Below, piece after piece: positions 49,575 through 64,000 of a stretch of DNA of 64,000 bases. The notes under the pieces are model-generated. The model saw only the letters and a list, made by a program, of their open reading frames with translations, had not been told where the DNA came from and did not search any database. Both the position numbers and the translations under genes were made by a program. Position 1 is the first letter of the stretch. Every line of letters starts with the position of its first letter. The stretch is from Zygnema circumcarinatum SAG 698-1b. Taxonomy: Eukaryota > Plantae > Zygnematophyceae. The stretch covers positions 6,983,909 through 7,047,908 of the forward strand of contig CM074804.1 of assembly GCA_037447605.1 (NCBI GenBank), given 5' to 3'.

Positions 49575-52500
49575 TCAGTAGCCCATAGCGCAGCCGTCCG
49601 AGCGCCCCTCTGAGCCCGCCCACAGCACGCCCGTCTCCTTGTGCCGCAGGATGACCTGCCCCCTTCCAAAAAGGTCGCGCTCTGCGCCCCCCGCGACCTT
49701 TGTTTGATGCCCCATCGCTGTCAGCGCCGCGGCAAGCTCCGCCCTCCCCGGGCCATCCTCCAGCGCCACTTGGCTGAGCTCCACTGGGTGAGGGCCGTGG
49801 CCTCGTTCAAAGCAGGGCAGACCGGTGATGCAAAATCGAGGAGCATCGAGCGCGCTCTGAGGGTCAAGATTGAAGTCGATAAGATTGCTGAGCACCTGCA
49901 AGTGACCTTGCGGCTGCATGAATCCTCCTGCAGGCCCAGAAGGGAAAGCCCAAAAGCTCTGCATCAAAGCTGATGGATTGAAGTTCAAGGAAAAAGCTTA
50001 TACCTTGATTCTGTGGGTTTGTTTGGTAATGTTTTGACCTACGGATTACTAGACCAGAGGGACCTGACCTGACGACAGTTTGCTACCTGCACTTAATGCT
50101 CAAGGGAACACAGTGCAGAGATACTCGCACTTAAACAGTTTTGCTAATGGCGGCTGCAGGAGCTCTCGTGGAGATATACCTCCGACTGCTCCCTGATGTA
50201 TTATAACAACCTGCTAATAGGAGCAAAAGACAACACAAGAGAGAGGACACACCCATTACTCCAAAGACACAATGGAGCTGTCCTGAGTGATGGCCCGGCT
50301 CGGGCGGCAATGTGCAGAGGCCAGGGATGATGGTGTGGTACGGCCGCTTGTGAGGGGCCAAGCAGTTCACATGAGACAGATCAAGAGAGAAGTTGTGGCC
50401 ACGATTCTGAAGGGAAAATCCACAGCCTTTCGGCACGATACCAGTTCCAAAACCCCTGCATGGTCCCGGCGTCTTTTGCAAGATCAATAGCAGAACACAT
50501 TACGGAAGAAAATCTGTAGCACAACAAGTACGTTCTATACAGAACATACGAAGAGCAATGGATACCTTACAATGAGTACAAAATGCTAAAAGATTCACGA
50601 GTTCAGCGTTAGATAGATCAGGACAAGCGCTTCGGTGCCACAGGCAAGTTACTGTGTTTCATAGTGATATTTTAAAAACAATCAGGGATCCCGCAACCAC
50701 AAACTTGCCAAAGTCCCCGATAACATACATGTAGTTAGAATTGATCATGCTGCATGCGTTGCCTTCTGCATCAACTGCACAAAAGTAGGCAGTATCTGAG
50801 CCACCTCCCATGGGGCCTGCAGTGACTTTGGCGGCCCTTTTTGGGTCGATACTGTGAGCTCGCTTCCCTGCATAGCTTTTGGAAAGGAGCTCTTCAATTG
50901 GAATCTTTTGGTGCTGTGGGTCCGCAACATAGGTGAGAGTATCGGCAAAGGCCATCCGCATTGCTTCAATGGCCGCATGTTGATGCTCAATGCCCCCTCT
51001 CTCCAGATCGCCCGCGGTCCAATGTGCCTCCAAAATGTTTAGAGCCAACAAGGCTGCAATACCTTGAGTCGGAGGTGGTATTTCCCACACATGAATACCG
51101 CGATAAGTTGACGAAATGGGTGGATCAAAGGACGATTTATGCGCAGCAAGGTCCTCAAGAGTCATTACACCGCCTCTCGCTGCAAGGACATCCACAATGG
51201 CCTGTGCTGTACGCCCTCTATAAAAGTCTTCTTTGCCATAAGCTGCAATCAACCTCGCTAACTTGTCACCAACAGTATTATAGTACAAAATTAACATGCT
51301 TATCGAGCTAAACAGAGAGGACATAAATCGTCACAAGAAACTGCAAAACAGGATACAAGTCACCAAGAATCTCGCAAGAACACATACCAGCAAGTCGACG
51401 CAGAGTGTTGCCCAGGGTTTTATTATGCATCACCTCTCCTGCTCGAGGAGCCCGCTTGCCCTCAAACAAGAGCTCACTACCATTTGGACCCCCACACTCA
51501 AGCTGCCACCCTCCCCAAATGAAACGATTATGTCAAGTGTTGTCAGCCTTCTCTTCCGTGCACTTATGGGAAAAAAAAGAATTTCTCAGAGCCCACCTGC
51601 CGCACACCTCGTGCCCATTGGTCCGCGGTTATGGGCGCAACAGCCCACCCTTCTTCGGCAAGCTGAATTGCTGGCTCCAACACCTTCTCCAAAGAGAGAC
51701 GTCCATACTTCTCCACAGTGTCGGCCCATGCAGCAGCGGCTCCTGGCACTGTGACTGTCAGTGCGTCAAATGGAGGCAGCAGAACGTTATAGCCCCTCTC
51801 CTTGACCAGATCCAGGGTCAGCCCAGCTGGACTGCATGCCCCAGGTCCGATTCACCAATCGCAACTCCTTCGCAATCTCTGCTCTTCAAAATTGATAAAA
51901 TATACTGGCTGTTATTGAATTTTCGAAAAGAGAAAAATTGTAACTGAAATCAAGTGGAAAAGCTAAACATTGTCGGACTTACACAACCTTGTCAGAGTTG
52001 TCGTTGCGTGGACGTGGACAACTCAGGAGCCAGTTAACTTTTTATTGTTCAAATTTGAAGGGTGTTTCTAGCCACTTGAAAGGAAGTAGATGGTTTCACA
52101 CATGACACGAGATTGGTGGTTGAAGCATTCAACTCCCAGGGGTTTCGAAGGGGTGATTACAGTTGGTTACCTGCGACCATTGCCCTGTATGCTCTCGACC
52201 ACCCGGCGTTTAGCATCGTACCACATCACAAACGCATCCCCGCCTGCACGAGCCCTTGGCGCTTGAATTCAAGATAACACTAAAAAACCTCACATACAAG
52301 CTTAAACGCATCTGAGAGGCTGCTAAAAACCCAAATGACAGGCATCCGCAATCCTGTGTTTGCTCCACGCCTCATTTCACTCATCATACACCCTGGCAAG
52401 GCTCCTAAGGACAAGGAAGTGAAAAATGCAATCATGGCTCTGCACTCGCACAGCTCTGCCTATTCCCACGGATATGACCTAAGACGAAGAGGCTGTGAAG

Positions 52501-52696
52501 TCACACCAAGGCCGGTTGAACAGGGTTCAGTCACATTAAGCGCAGCAGCCATGGCCACAGCTGCATCTGCAGCTGTTCCTCCTGCTTGCAGAATGCGCAG
52601 ACCAGCTTCCGATGCAAGTGGCTGGCTTGACGCCACTGCACCTCGCCGAGCAAGAATGGGAGACCTCCGAGAGATGTACGAACTTTGCTGCGCCAT
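49575..52696 (-). CDS. Gamma-glutamyltranspeptidase-like Ntn-hydrolase, bacterial YwrD/HpxW-type, no signal peptide; at least 6 exons
   Basis: [156 protein letters not shown] and [13 protein letters not shown]. Confidence 0.92.
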
Positions 52697-52918
52697 GGCC
52701 TTCTCTCAGCAATGTCAAGAGAGTTCTCTTCTTCTCCCTGCGTTGAATAATAAGCAGCTGCTGCAATTGCAAGGCGGCATTTCCGTCTCGTTGAAACTTG
52801 GGATGTGAACATATGTTATAGTTGCTCGCGTACGCGCGCTCGCTCTCTTCCGGCAGCAAAGTGGCGACACATATCGCTGCAGTGCATCTCTTCTATCTGA
52901 CCTTCTTCTGCAAAGGCC

Positions 52919-55900
52919 ATGTTGACCCGCCATGGCCGAAAGCTGGCATGTGAGGTTATTCTTGAGCATTTTGGCGAGACAGTGGAGGTGAGCCTGCATC
53001 ACTCGCCAGCATTATGACCATCCGCATCTTGAATGTAGGACAATTGATGTCGTACTTTTGCCGGCATTTACTTCTGCAATGTCTATATTGCAAAAGACAC
53101 ATGAGAAGAAATGCCTCCAGGTGACATGATACTCAAGAGTGGTACTCAGCAGAATGTAATGAATGGCCGTGCGAGGTGCAGAAAGTTTGCAGAGTGTTAG
53201 TGTTCCGTGGCCAGCAATCCCTTGGCGACATAGGGCGCCAAACTAAGCTGCCCCCTAGTCAGCTGAGAAGTTGTTTGTTGGTGCTCATACAACACAACTG
53301 TGTGCAAGCTTTCCGCATTCAAATTGACCGTATGTACCCTCTCGGCCCTTTTCTTGATCCACTTCTCCACAAGTTCTGCTTGCCGTGCTTCTGTGTTACC
53401 TTGGAGACTCTGGCAACTTTTTATTGTCTAGACCATGGATACTGGTTTATGTGAGAGTACTTCAGCACTGCCCCCGGCATTGTGTCCTGTCCTCTATCAG
53501 CTTTCTTTGGAGGAGAATCAAGGGAACCGCTTCTTGCGTTGGATTGACCATACCATGCGCCCATGTTTTTCTGACAGAAAACAAAGCATACTTCCCTTCT
53601 CTAATGTGTAGTGGTACTGGTCGTCTGGAGTTGGTCATGCTCACATAGGTTATTCCATCAATTGATTTTTGCACTTTTTACTCCCTATTGGTTGAAGTTC
53701 TTTGGTCTGACCATGATGGATGCGGCCTTGTGTATTGTCCTTAAAAGTCTGCAGCCAGACGTTTTCATTGAGTTTCAGTAGTGGCAATCTTGCAAATAGA
53801 GCGTCAGACACGACTGTTTTGCAAGTTAAAAACTTTTTTGCCGTATGCTGCATGGCTGCAGCAAATCAACCTGGAGCCAAGAGCCAAACGCAATACATTG
53901 CTTTGGTCGATACAATCCTACTACGTTTGCGTTTTCCCAAATTCATGATGCACATTCGAGAGACTCTGGGGCCGGAGGTACTCCCCTGCTCGTTTTTGCC
54001 AGAACTTGGCAACCACGTTGCTTCAAGATCCCTTCAGGCAGCAGTTAATAAGAAGAAAGGTGGAAACGATAATGCAAAAATGCAATCGTCAGGCTTCTAT
54101 AAGTCGAATTGTCTCATTTGACCCGAACCTGGAGGTTGGATTTGCCTGCTCTCTAATTCTTGACATCCTTCAATCTCCATCTTACTTCACCTGTGACGAG
54201 TGGCCAAAACCGTTATGCGAAACAGGGCTACCTTTTCATCCACTTATGTTTTCTGGTCCAGTTACTTTTAAACTGCTTAGGTGAGCAGCTGGCACAGCAA
54301 TGGCACAGCTGAGAAGTTTCCTCGGCAAATGCCTTCTGCTTAGCTTGTCCGTCGGCTGATGCTTTTCTTTGTGTGCAGGCTGAGGCCCTTCTTCAGGGCC
54401 TTTTAGAGCACGGGCGCCTCACAGTGGACCAACTTCTGCAGCGAGCCATGGCACACTCCACGAATTGTAAGTGTTTACCTGCTCTGCAGAATTGATACGG
54501 GACATGACTGCCCAATGGTTTTATTGTTATTGGGCTCATAGAAAGGTTTTGCAAGACAGATGGCTTAATGGGCGAACGAAAACTGGATTTGGGAATTGGA
54601 ATGCAGCAGAAGCAGACGTCGAAGTAGCTGTGAAGCGTGCTTTCTCAGCGTTGGTGAGGGCGGAATATGTGGAACGCTGTCCCATACCCGAACCTGTCGT
54701 GTCTGCTCGTTTCATCTCTGATGTTATTAAGAAAAGCCTGCGTGGTGGAAGCGTGAGTGGCCTCAACCAGTATGCTCTGCCCTTATAGATATGTGTACTT
54801 GAACTGTTCCCTACACAATCTACTTTGGAACTAAGAAGGAATAAGCTCATCGGGTATTGCCCCATCATCTCAGACAGAAAAAAATTGTTTTAGTGGTGTA
54901 CCACCTCTAGATTACCATCGGTGAATGCTTGAAGCATTCTGACAAGGGGCCACAGTGCGGCAGAGAAACCGAGGCACATTGGAAGCAGAGGGATATTTCC
55001 TCATGGAGGAAGAGCGTCTAATGTTCGCTGCTCGCCCCAATGAAGCCGATCGGTTCCGCCTTCCGCCGTCTGTGATTGCCGCGGCGGATGATGACACGAA
55101 TGCTCCGATCAGCGAGCAGCATGCGAGCAGCAATGGCCAAGTTGGCATGAAGGTGCCGTTTCTCATCTCCCCACGAAGGGCTGCTTTTTTTTACAGCTGT
55201 TAGGGACAATGCAGGGGTGGTTCTTGGACATCGCAAATGCGTTTCACATGAAAAAGCGAATCATGCGATTCTGGGATGTTGAGATTTGCAGAGGAAACGG
55301 CTTGAATCTAGTTCCGCAGCAGACAGCAGTCCCGAGGTGAAGGAGGTTTTATGGCGGCTGAACTTTGAGGAGTTTCTGCGATGTTTTCGCCATCAAGTGA
55401 GGTTATACTCCGTGATTGCTGACGAAAGAATTTACTCACTTAAGCCACCCACGAGAGAGATGGTGAAGCTCGCAACAGCAACTTATCTCTGGAAGCCTCT
55501 GCAAATCGCTTATGTAAACGACTGCATTGGGTGTGGCAGGTCTGCATCACACATGTCAAGGAGTATTTTGATGTTTCTGCAGGTCTTGTAGTTGCAGCAA
55601 TTCTTCAGCAGACCCGACCGCAGGAGAGTTCCGTCCGTCAGCCCACGTCAGGTTAGCTTTCCGCTCATGTGCTCGTTTTCAAAAAATCACTCAGAACGTG
55701 TTTTCTTTGGAGCCATTTGCCGGAGAACGTGTGGCTGAAAGCCATCCATTTCATTTGACTCTGCCAGCTATTGGGAATTGCTAAAGCATTGGAGAGCGGG
55801 TTTTTGGAGGTAGCAGCATCGCTGTCATTGGAGTCAATTTCGCAGGCTGTGCGCTTATCTCCAGAGGGATGCACTATGAGCACAGACCGGGTCCGCCTAG

Positions 55901-57817
55901 CCCTGCAGCAAATGGCAGCCGATTCAACAGAGCCCATACAGCGGTCGACTGAGGGAGGCTCTCAGTTCTTTGTCAGTATCCAACACATGCAATTGCGTCT
56001 TTTGGCGGGCTGCTATGAGCATCTGGAATTGAAGTGAGGTTTGTTGAAGGGGCAGAGGTCTTCATAAAACGGGAAGGAAATTCATTTGTGGAGCGGGCGA
56101 AATCTACTTTTGTGTGACTGCGAACACAGGATTAATGACGAGAGAGGCATGGCTGACTGTGTCCACAAAAAACGAAACTTGTTTGTTGTTTCATATGACG
56201 CATGACTTTTCTCCGAGTATGCGTCGACATCGGAATGCACACGTAATATGCCCTTAACTGCAAACGTCAGACATGAAAAAGATCGTGGCTGTGGTGAAAT
56301 TGCGTGAGGTGAGTATCGACGAGCCTGTTTTTCACTCATCCGCATTTACGTTTATTCGGAACCACTTCTGCCGAACTGTTGAGGGAGGTTCTATGGCACG
56401 GTTTCTTATCGATACGTGAAGGAACGAGAATTTTGTTGCCTTCCATTTGATGACCACATTGTGCTTCTTACATGGGGTTTAGTATGCCAGGTAGAGGCTA
56501 TCATTTCACAACGCTATGGAGTAGCTGGATGCCGTATCTTTCGGCTCCTGCTTCTTAAACGTCAGCTTGAACAGAAGCAGGTGGGTTTAATCCTTCGGGA
56601 GCTGTCTATTCCCGTTTTTGTGAAATGCTAATGCTTTTGCCCATGGGGATTCTCTCCCTGAATAGTTCACTGCACGCTTGAGAACTGTTTCTGTACGTCT
56701 TTGCATTGCAACTTGCTACTTCACCTGTAGTCTTCATGGATTTGTCTATTCATGCCTAAGCACTGCTTTCATACCTTTGCAGTCTCATGCTCACCTAGGA
56801 TGCGGCTCGAAGTATCATTTACTTGAGACTTCCTGCGAAACTGACATACAGTATTTGATAAATCCTACTATTAGGGATGGACAGATCGGTGAAATGGCGA
56901 TGATTCCCCTGAAGGACTCCCGAGAGCTCCTTTACAAAATGCTGAAGGATGAGTATGTTACTCTACAGGTAAGTTCACTGAAAATAAGTTCACCGCATTC
57001 GTATTGCCAGGCGAAAGAGTGCTGTGGTGATGCATCTCTGACCCCTCCCAAGCTGTGGGGGCATCCCTGCAGGAAGTTGCAAAAACAGCAGAGCACGCCC
57101 CGTCTCGCACCTTCTATCTTTGGCGGGTGCATCTGCCCGGGGTTATGCGCAAACTGTTGGACCACATGTACCATGCGGCGTCCAATTTGCGGCAACGACT
57201 CAAGCATGAAATGGAGCAGGAGCAGGAGGTACGTGGCCTCTACTCTGCGTGCACGGCTCCCACTGCTGAGGTTGTTCCCAAGGCAGGATTTGAAGGATAG
57301 TAAGCGTATGTGCACATAAGTGAATTTGACTACCTGCGGAATGCTGCATATAACGCATGGTTTCTCTGGGGAGTGGTCATTCTTGCCAACTGTGCTTCAT
57401 GAGCTTTGTGTATCCACCACATGCCATCAAACTATTGGAGTTCAATACTCAGTCAGGAAGAGAACCAGTAAAGTGGACGAGCCAGATTTGAATGCATTTG
57501 TAGCATCACTTTAATTAAACCTTGTCCATCAAACTCGGTTTGGTTGTAAAGAATTGTCCAGTAGCCTGCTTACTTCATGCAGCTGAGGCTACCCATCTGA
57601 CCTTAGTTGTCATTCTCTCACCTTTCCCCGTGTCTGAACTCTGCAGGTGCTTGCTCTGCTAGAGCAGCGCCCAGCCTCTGCCGGGGGTGTGGCTCCGCCC
57701 ATTCAGTTGACTGCAGCACAGAGGCAGCGCTTGGAGCGCATTCGGCGCGTGGCTTCGGTGTTGGAGACCTCCTTGCTGAGGCTGGACGATGTCATCATGC
57801 TGTTCTCCAGTTGTTAG
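52919..57817 (+). CDS. RPC3: RNA polymerase III subunit RPC3 (C62/C82)
   Basis: MLTRHGRKLACEVILEHFGETVE-KVCRVL...LLVLIQHNCV, LRLRFPKF, LLEHGRLT, LVRAEYVERCP, VLWRLNFEEF, RYGVAGCRIFRLLLLKRQLEQKQ, RELLYKMLKDEYV and HAPSRTFYLWRV, ending LETSLLRLDDVIMLFSSC* (stop 57815-57817). Confidence 0.92.
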
Positions 57818-58258
57818 AGCTATGGGAGGGCGGCCATGGACGGCCAGAAAGTGAATGGTGGTGGGCATATCCACTGCCTCTTTTCTTGACTAATCCCTGT
57901 CGCTAACTGTAGTAATAGCATGGAGGGGAAGGCGACAAGGGCTTACAACGTTGGTTTTGTCGTTGTTTTAGTTTGGGAGCTATCGGCCTTCGTTTTAGCA
58001 AGGAAGCATAAAACCAATGGTTGGCAGCTATATTCTTCCCCTCTATTGGCCAGGTTGTCAACCATTGCCCGTGAGAAAAAGGCGACGCATCTGTTTCTGA
58101 GAGCTGCTCGCCATCAAAGACCCTAAACTGTGGATGAAAGCGTGTGCCTTATCAGGGAAATGGTGGCCCTCTGTTTCACAGGTAGAGCAGAATCCTCAAA
58201 AAAGAAACCACTAGTTCTGTGTGAAGAAAGGCAATTTACAGCAGACAGCGCAACATGT

Positions 58259-60551
<2,293 letters not shown>

Positions 60552-61001
60552 TCACTGCCTCTTGGAAACTCTTCAGAGCTTCCCTCCCTCTCACCCTTAT
60601 GCCCTGCCGGCTCCTCACTCTGCCAGCTCCAGCTCTACCTCTGCTCAGAAAATTAGGGCTAAGGGTCGATCCCCCGAAAAATTCATGAAGCCGACGGGAA
60701 AATGGGTCATAAAATCTTGGAAGCATGTGACGGACCAAATTTATAGATGCTTACTAAACCGTACGGCAAAAACGTACGGCATCTCCATTCATGAACCAGT
60801 TCTATCCAACTGTGTCATTGATAACTGGCATAGAACCATCCATTCACAAATCTCCGTACTTTATAGATATATTTATTTTATTCCTGCCCCAATTCAGGCC
60901 CTGCCCCGATAATGCGGGCAGCAGGGGAAGGACGGAGGCCTGCCTTCAGTGCCTGAGAAAGGAGCGAGAAGTGGCATTTTCCTGCAGCCCCTGCCATTGC
61001 G

Positions 61002-61565
61002 ATGGCTGCCATGGTTGCAGTCTCAGCTTGCGCGCCGCTGCAGCTTGTGAGGGGAGGCTTTCCAGGAGGCGAGGAGAGGACGACTTCGACACGGCGCGCT
61101 CCCACTCCCTCTCACTCGTCTCGGCCTGCACGGGCCACGGCTTCTGCCAAGCTTCCCAAGTCATCGCATGAGCATTGTTTGGCGTCTGCAGCGCTGTGGA
61201 AGCTGACCTCCGCGACGGCTCTGAGCAAGGCGTGGGCATCAAGCGGGAAGCGCTCGGCAGCAGGAAGGGCAGTGCGGTGTGAGATAGCAGTGGAGCTTGG
61301 CGGGAATGGAACTGCAAGCGGCGAAAAGGCGGCAATAGGCAGCAGAATAAAGGTGACCGGAAATCTGAAGGTATATCATATTCCTAAAGTGCCAGAGTAC
61401 CAATTGGAGGGGAGCGAAGGAGAAGTGAAGGATGTGTTAGGCACGTGGAAAGGCAAGTCAGTGTCTGCAAATCTCCCTTATAAAGTGCAATTTTTTGCAG
61501 ATATTGATGGGAAAGAAATCAAGTTCTTTGCGCATCTTAAGGATGACGAGTTTGAGGTTCTTTAG
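61002..61565 (+). CDS. FTRA: Ferredoxin-thioredoxin reductase variable chain, plastid precursor; single exon
   Basis: A transit peptide precedes IGSRIKV...LKVYHIPKVPEYQLEGSEGEVK...WKGKSVSANLPYKVQF...KFFAHLKDDEFEVL*, the FTR variable (alpha) subunit signature. Confidence 0.93.
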   Translation: MAAMVAVSACAPLQLVRGGFPGGEERTTSTRRAPTPSHSSRPARATASAKLPKSSHEHCLASAALWKLTSATALSKAWASSGKRSAAGRAVRCEIAVELGGNGTASGEKAAIGSRIKVTGNLKVYHIPKVPEYQLEGSEGEVKDVLGTWKGKSVSANLPYKVQFFADIDGKEIKFFAHLKDDEFEVL

Positions 61566-62881
61566 AAATTATGCTCTCTTTCAGTTGCCTGCAAATTTTC
61601 TTTATTTGTTTGTGTTTGAAGTGTAAGCTTAGAAAAGTGTACTTTTCTAGACAGAAACTTAAGCAGCTTGCTTCAACGCCGCGGGAAAATATGTTTGCTG
61701 AAGAAGAGCGTGCTTTAGAGTTAGCCAACACACAGACTTCTGATGTCAGGCTTTCTCGTGTTGGTCACCTCGCCTCCACAAGTTAATGCAATGTGGAGGG
61801 CATCTTTTTGGCAACATTATATAATGTAGGGATTCAGAAATCGCCATCAAGGTGCTAAGCCATCAACTGTGGCTGGGGTAGTCTACCTTTGTCATTTTTG
61901 TACACTTCCGGCCAGTCTCTGGCAATTAACTTGCAGATTGCTTCAAAGGAGTTTCATTCGGAACACAATGAAAGTGCTCTTGTGCGTGTGCATGGAAATG
62001 TCTCATCGACGATGCTGAATTTGTATGGTCGAGGGTTAGTTCCGACTCCAGTTAAGTATTGAAGTCGTACTCATAGGGAAGTTGAAGACCCATGTTTTAG
62101 GTTTAGCATGCTTTAGTCAACTACTGCATGGACTCTCTCTCTCTCTTACAATGAATGTCCTTCACCATTGAACTGTACGCATTATTGCGGATAATGCCGG
62201 TGAATCATGCCGGTGCCGGTTAACTTCTGGAAAGTATGCCGGAAGAGTTATGTTATAATTTCATCCTGCAGTTTTGTTGCCTTGGTTGTCCTAATCTGGC
62301 TCTGTAGAATCGATATATAATCTTCGTGTTGACGTTCTCCTGGATTGTACCGCTTGATAGTCTTGAGCACTGCTGCTGGTGTAGTTTACAAACCAACAAG
62401 AATGTTGAATGAGAACGAGAAGGCTTGCAGCTAGGGGGTGGTACAGCAAATGCAAAGAATCCAGTGACCTGTCAATTAATCTGTTACAAGATGGAAAGGG
62501 CAACTGTGACATCCCTCCACTTGAGTTGCGGAACTTTACCTTGATTCGGGTATTTTGGATTGTCTGGCTTGTGCCCTCAAGAAAATATGGCATCCATTCC
62601 ATCAAGCAACCTTGGCCAGCACAGTGACTAGCATTATGGCGAGCATCGGAGAGGACTGATGAGCCCAGAACTCAGAGCCCTCCAACACCTCTTAATTTCC
62701 GGGGTCCAGTACAAAAAGTAATAGACCCACCAAAAAATTGTTGCAAGCGATTACGAGAAGCTCCACGAGCACACCCCCAGACGGAAACAGCCGTTGGACC
62801 CAAACATGCGCTGTAAAAGTATCTCTTTTGAGAACGTTCGGCTTTCACTGTTCGTTAAAAATTGGTGCCCAGCCAGCGCGC

Positions 62882-63959
62882 CTAACTGACATCCATGAGG
62901 TCTGCGCCCACTATGGAGTCGTGCTCCTGCCGGACCTGGTTGTACAGCTGCCCTACAGCGCCCGTCTTCACAACATTGTTCAGGAAGTTGGTGAAGCGCG
63001 ATGAGGACTCCACGTTGCTGCAGAGAGTGCAAAAGGGCAGTTGCAAGGTCGGCGTGCTTAGCGTGAAGGAAGGAAAACCGGCATCGGTGAATGAAGTGCA
63101 GAGGAGAGAATATCAGGTTAAATGACACAACCCACAAGTGGGAAACATACGGCTGCAAAGAGGGCTGTTGGCATGCAGATAGTATGCAAGGCAACATGCC
63201 CTCACCTGATGCGGGTCAACGAATTGATAGCACGTAGCGCACTTCGAATCATGTCGTCGTTCCGATCGAGTTCTTGCTTCACCGCGTCTTGCTTCACTTT
63301 GTTTGCCACAGTCTTCTCCAAAGGCTCCAACAAAGAATCGAGGACTGCATGCGACACCGCGAGCACAGGTCGTCAGGAGTCAGACGCTGTCACTGCTCCG
63401 GTTGACTTTTGCATACAGCGAAGCAATAATCAGAATTTTGACTCTGAACCTTCATGCTCACAGCTACGTTCAACTAACATCCTTGCATGTATCGTTCATG
63501 CCCAGGAGGGTACATGAGTAGGCACAAACCTGCAAGGACGGCTGGCCCGCACTTTTCAGACAGTTTTGACAAAATAAGGTGGCAGGGCATCTTCACATCG
63601 TAGTCATCTGAGAGATGATCCACCCAATGAAAGACGTCACAAAGACGTTGTGTTAAAAAACAAGGGCTACAATAGCAACATCTTCAACGAACAAGCAGCA
63701 GCAAGCACGTGTTTCTTGTAGAAATGGGGCGCTAACGAAGGGAAAAACAAGAAGCTCAAGAGCTAGCAGCAAATCTGTGACTTTGTTTACCTCCAAGTCC
63801 AGAAACAAGGTAGGGAGTGATAAAAGCAGACGGGTCGATTCGATCCAAGCAATTGCTGAGGAGAGTGTCCATGCAGTCGAAGGCTGCTTTCCGAAGCTCG
63901 AGACCATCGTCCACCGTGTGCGTGAAGGGACCCAAGTTCACCGTTCTAATAAGCTCAGG
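62882..63959 (-). CDS. CAND1: Cullin-associated NEDD8-dissociated protein 1, 3' exons only; the gene continues beyond the window
   Basis: PELIRTVNLGPFTHTVDDGLELRKAAFDCMDTLL, DYDVKMPCHLILSKL and VLDSLVEPLEKTV...KQDAVKQELDRNDDMIRSALRAI form the TATA-binding-protein-interacting (TIP120) C-terminus. Stop at 62882-62884. Confidence 0.95.
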
Positions 63960-64000
63960 CTGCAAGACCGAAAATTCCCCCATGAGCTCCAAACCTTGTG

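Noticed and set aside
61002-61565. Intronless FTR variable chain as a possible retrogene
   Set aside because: The ORF is intact with a transit peptide, and there is no poly(A) tail or TSD. A short single-exon gene is not evidence of retroposition.

Overview
A gene-dense, intron-rich eukaryotic nuclear window from the green-plant lineage. GC near 50%, many short introns, plant-type gene families and plastid transit peptides suggest a streptophyte alga; this is inferred, not verified. I can support 16 protein-coding loci: ABCF3 (cut by a 100-N gap), a small plastid membrane protein missed by the ORF track, a TPR protein, TRM10, a Btz-domain protein, a cyanobacterial-type plastid protein, TBCCD1, FAM91A1, a Mn-CDF/MTP transporter, an O-fucosyltransferase-family protein, a TauE/SafE exporter, a bacterial-type (YwrD/HpxW-like) gamma-glutamyltranspeptidase, Pol III subunit RPC3, DIM1, the FTR variable chain and the 3' end of CAND1. 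I found no rRNA, tRNA, CRISPR array or intact transposon, and no firm evidence of a novel multi-gene system. The best leads are the intron-containing bacterial-type GGT-like enzyme next to TauE, the unusual upstream region of the MTP gene (GTAC clusters, CCAATGG/CCATTGG array, G-quadruplex leader), recurring CGTAC and GATGACGTCATC modules, and four tight head-to-head gene pairs. Exon boundaries come from manual reading and remembered family motifs; no database search was run.
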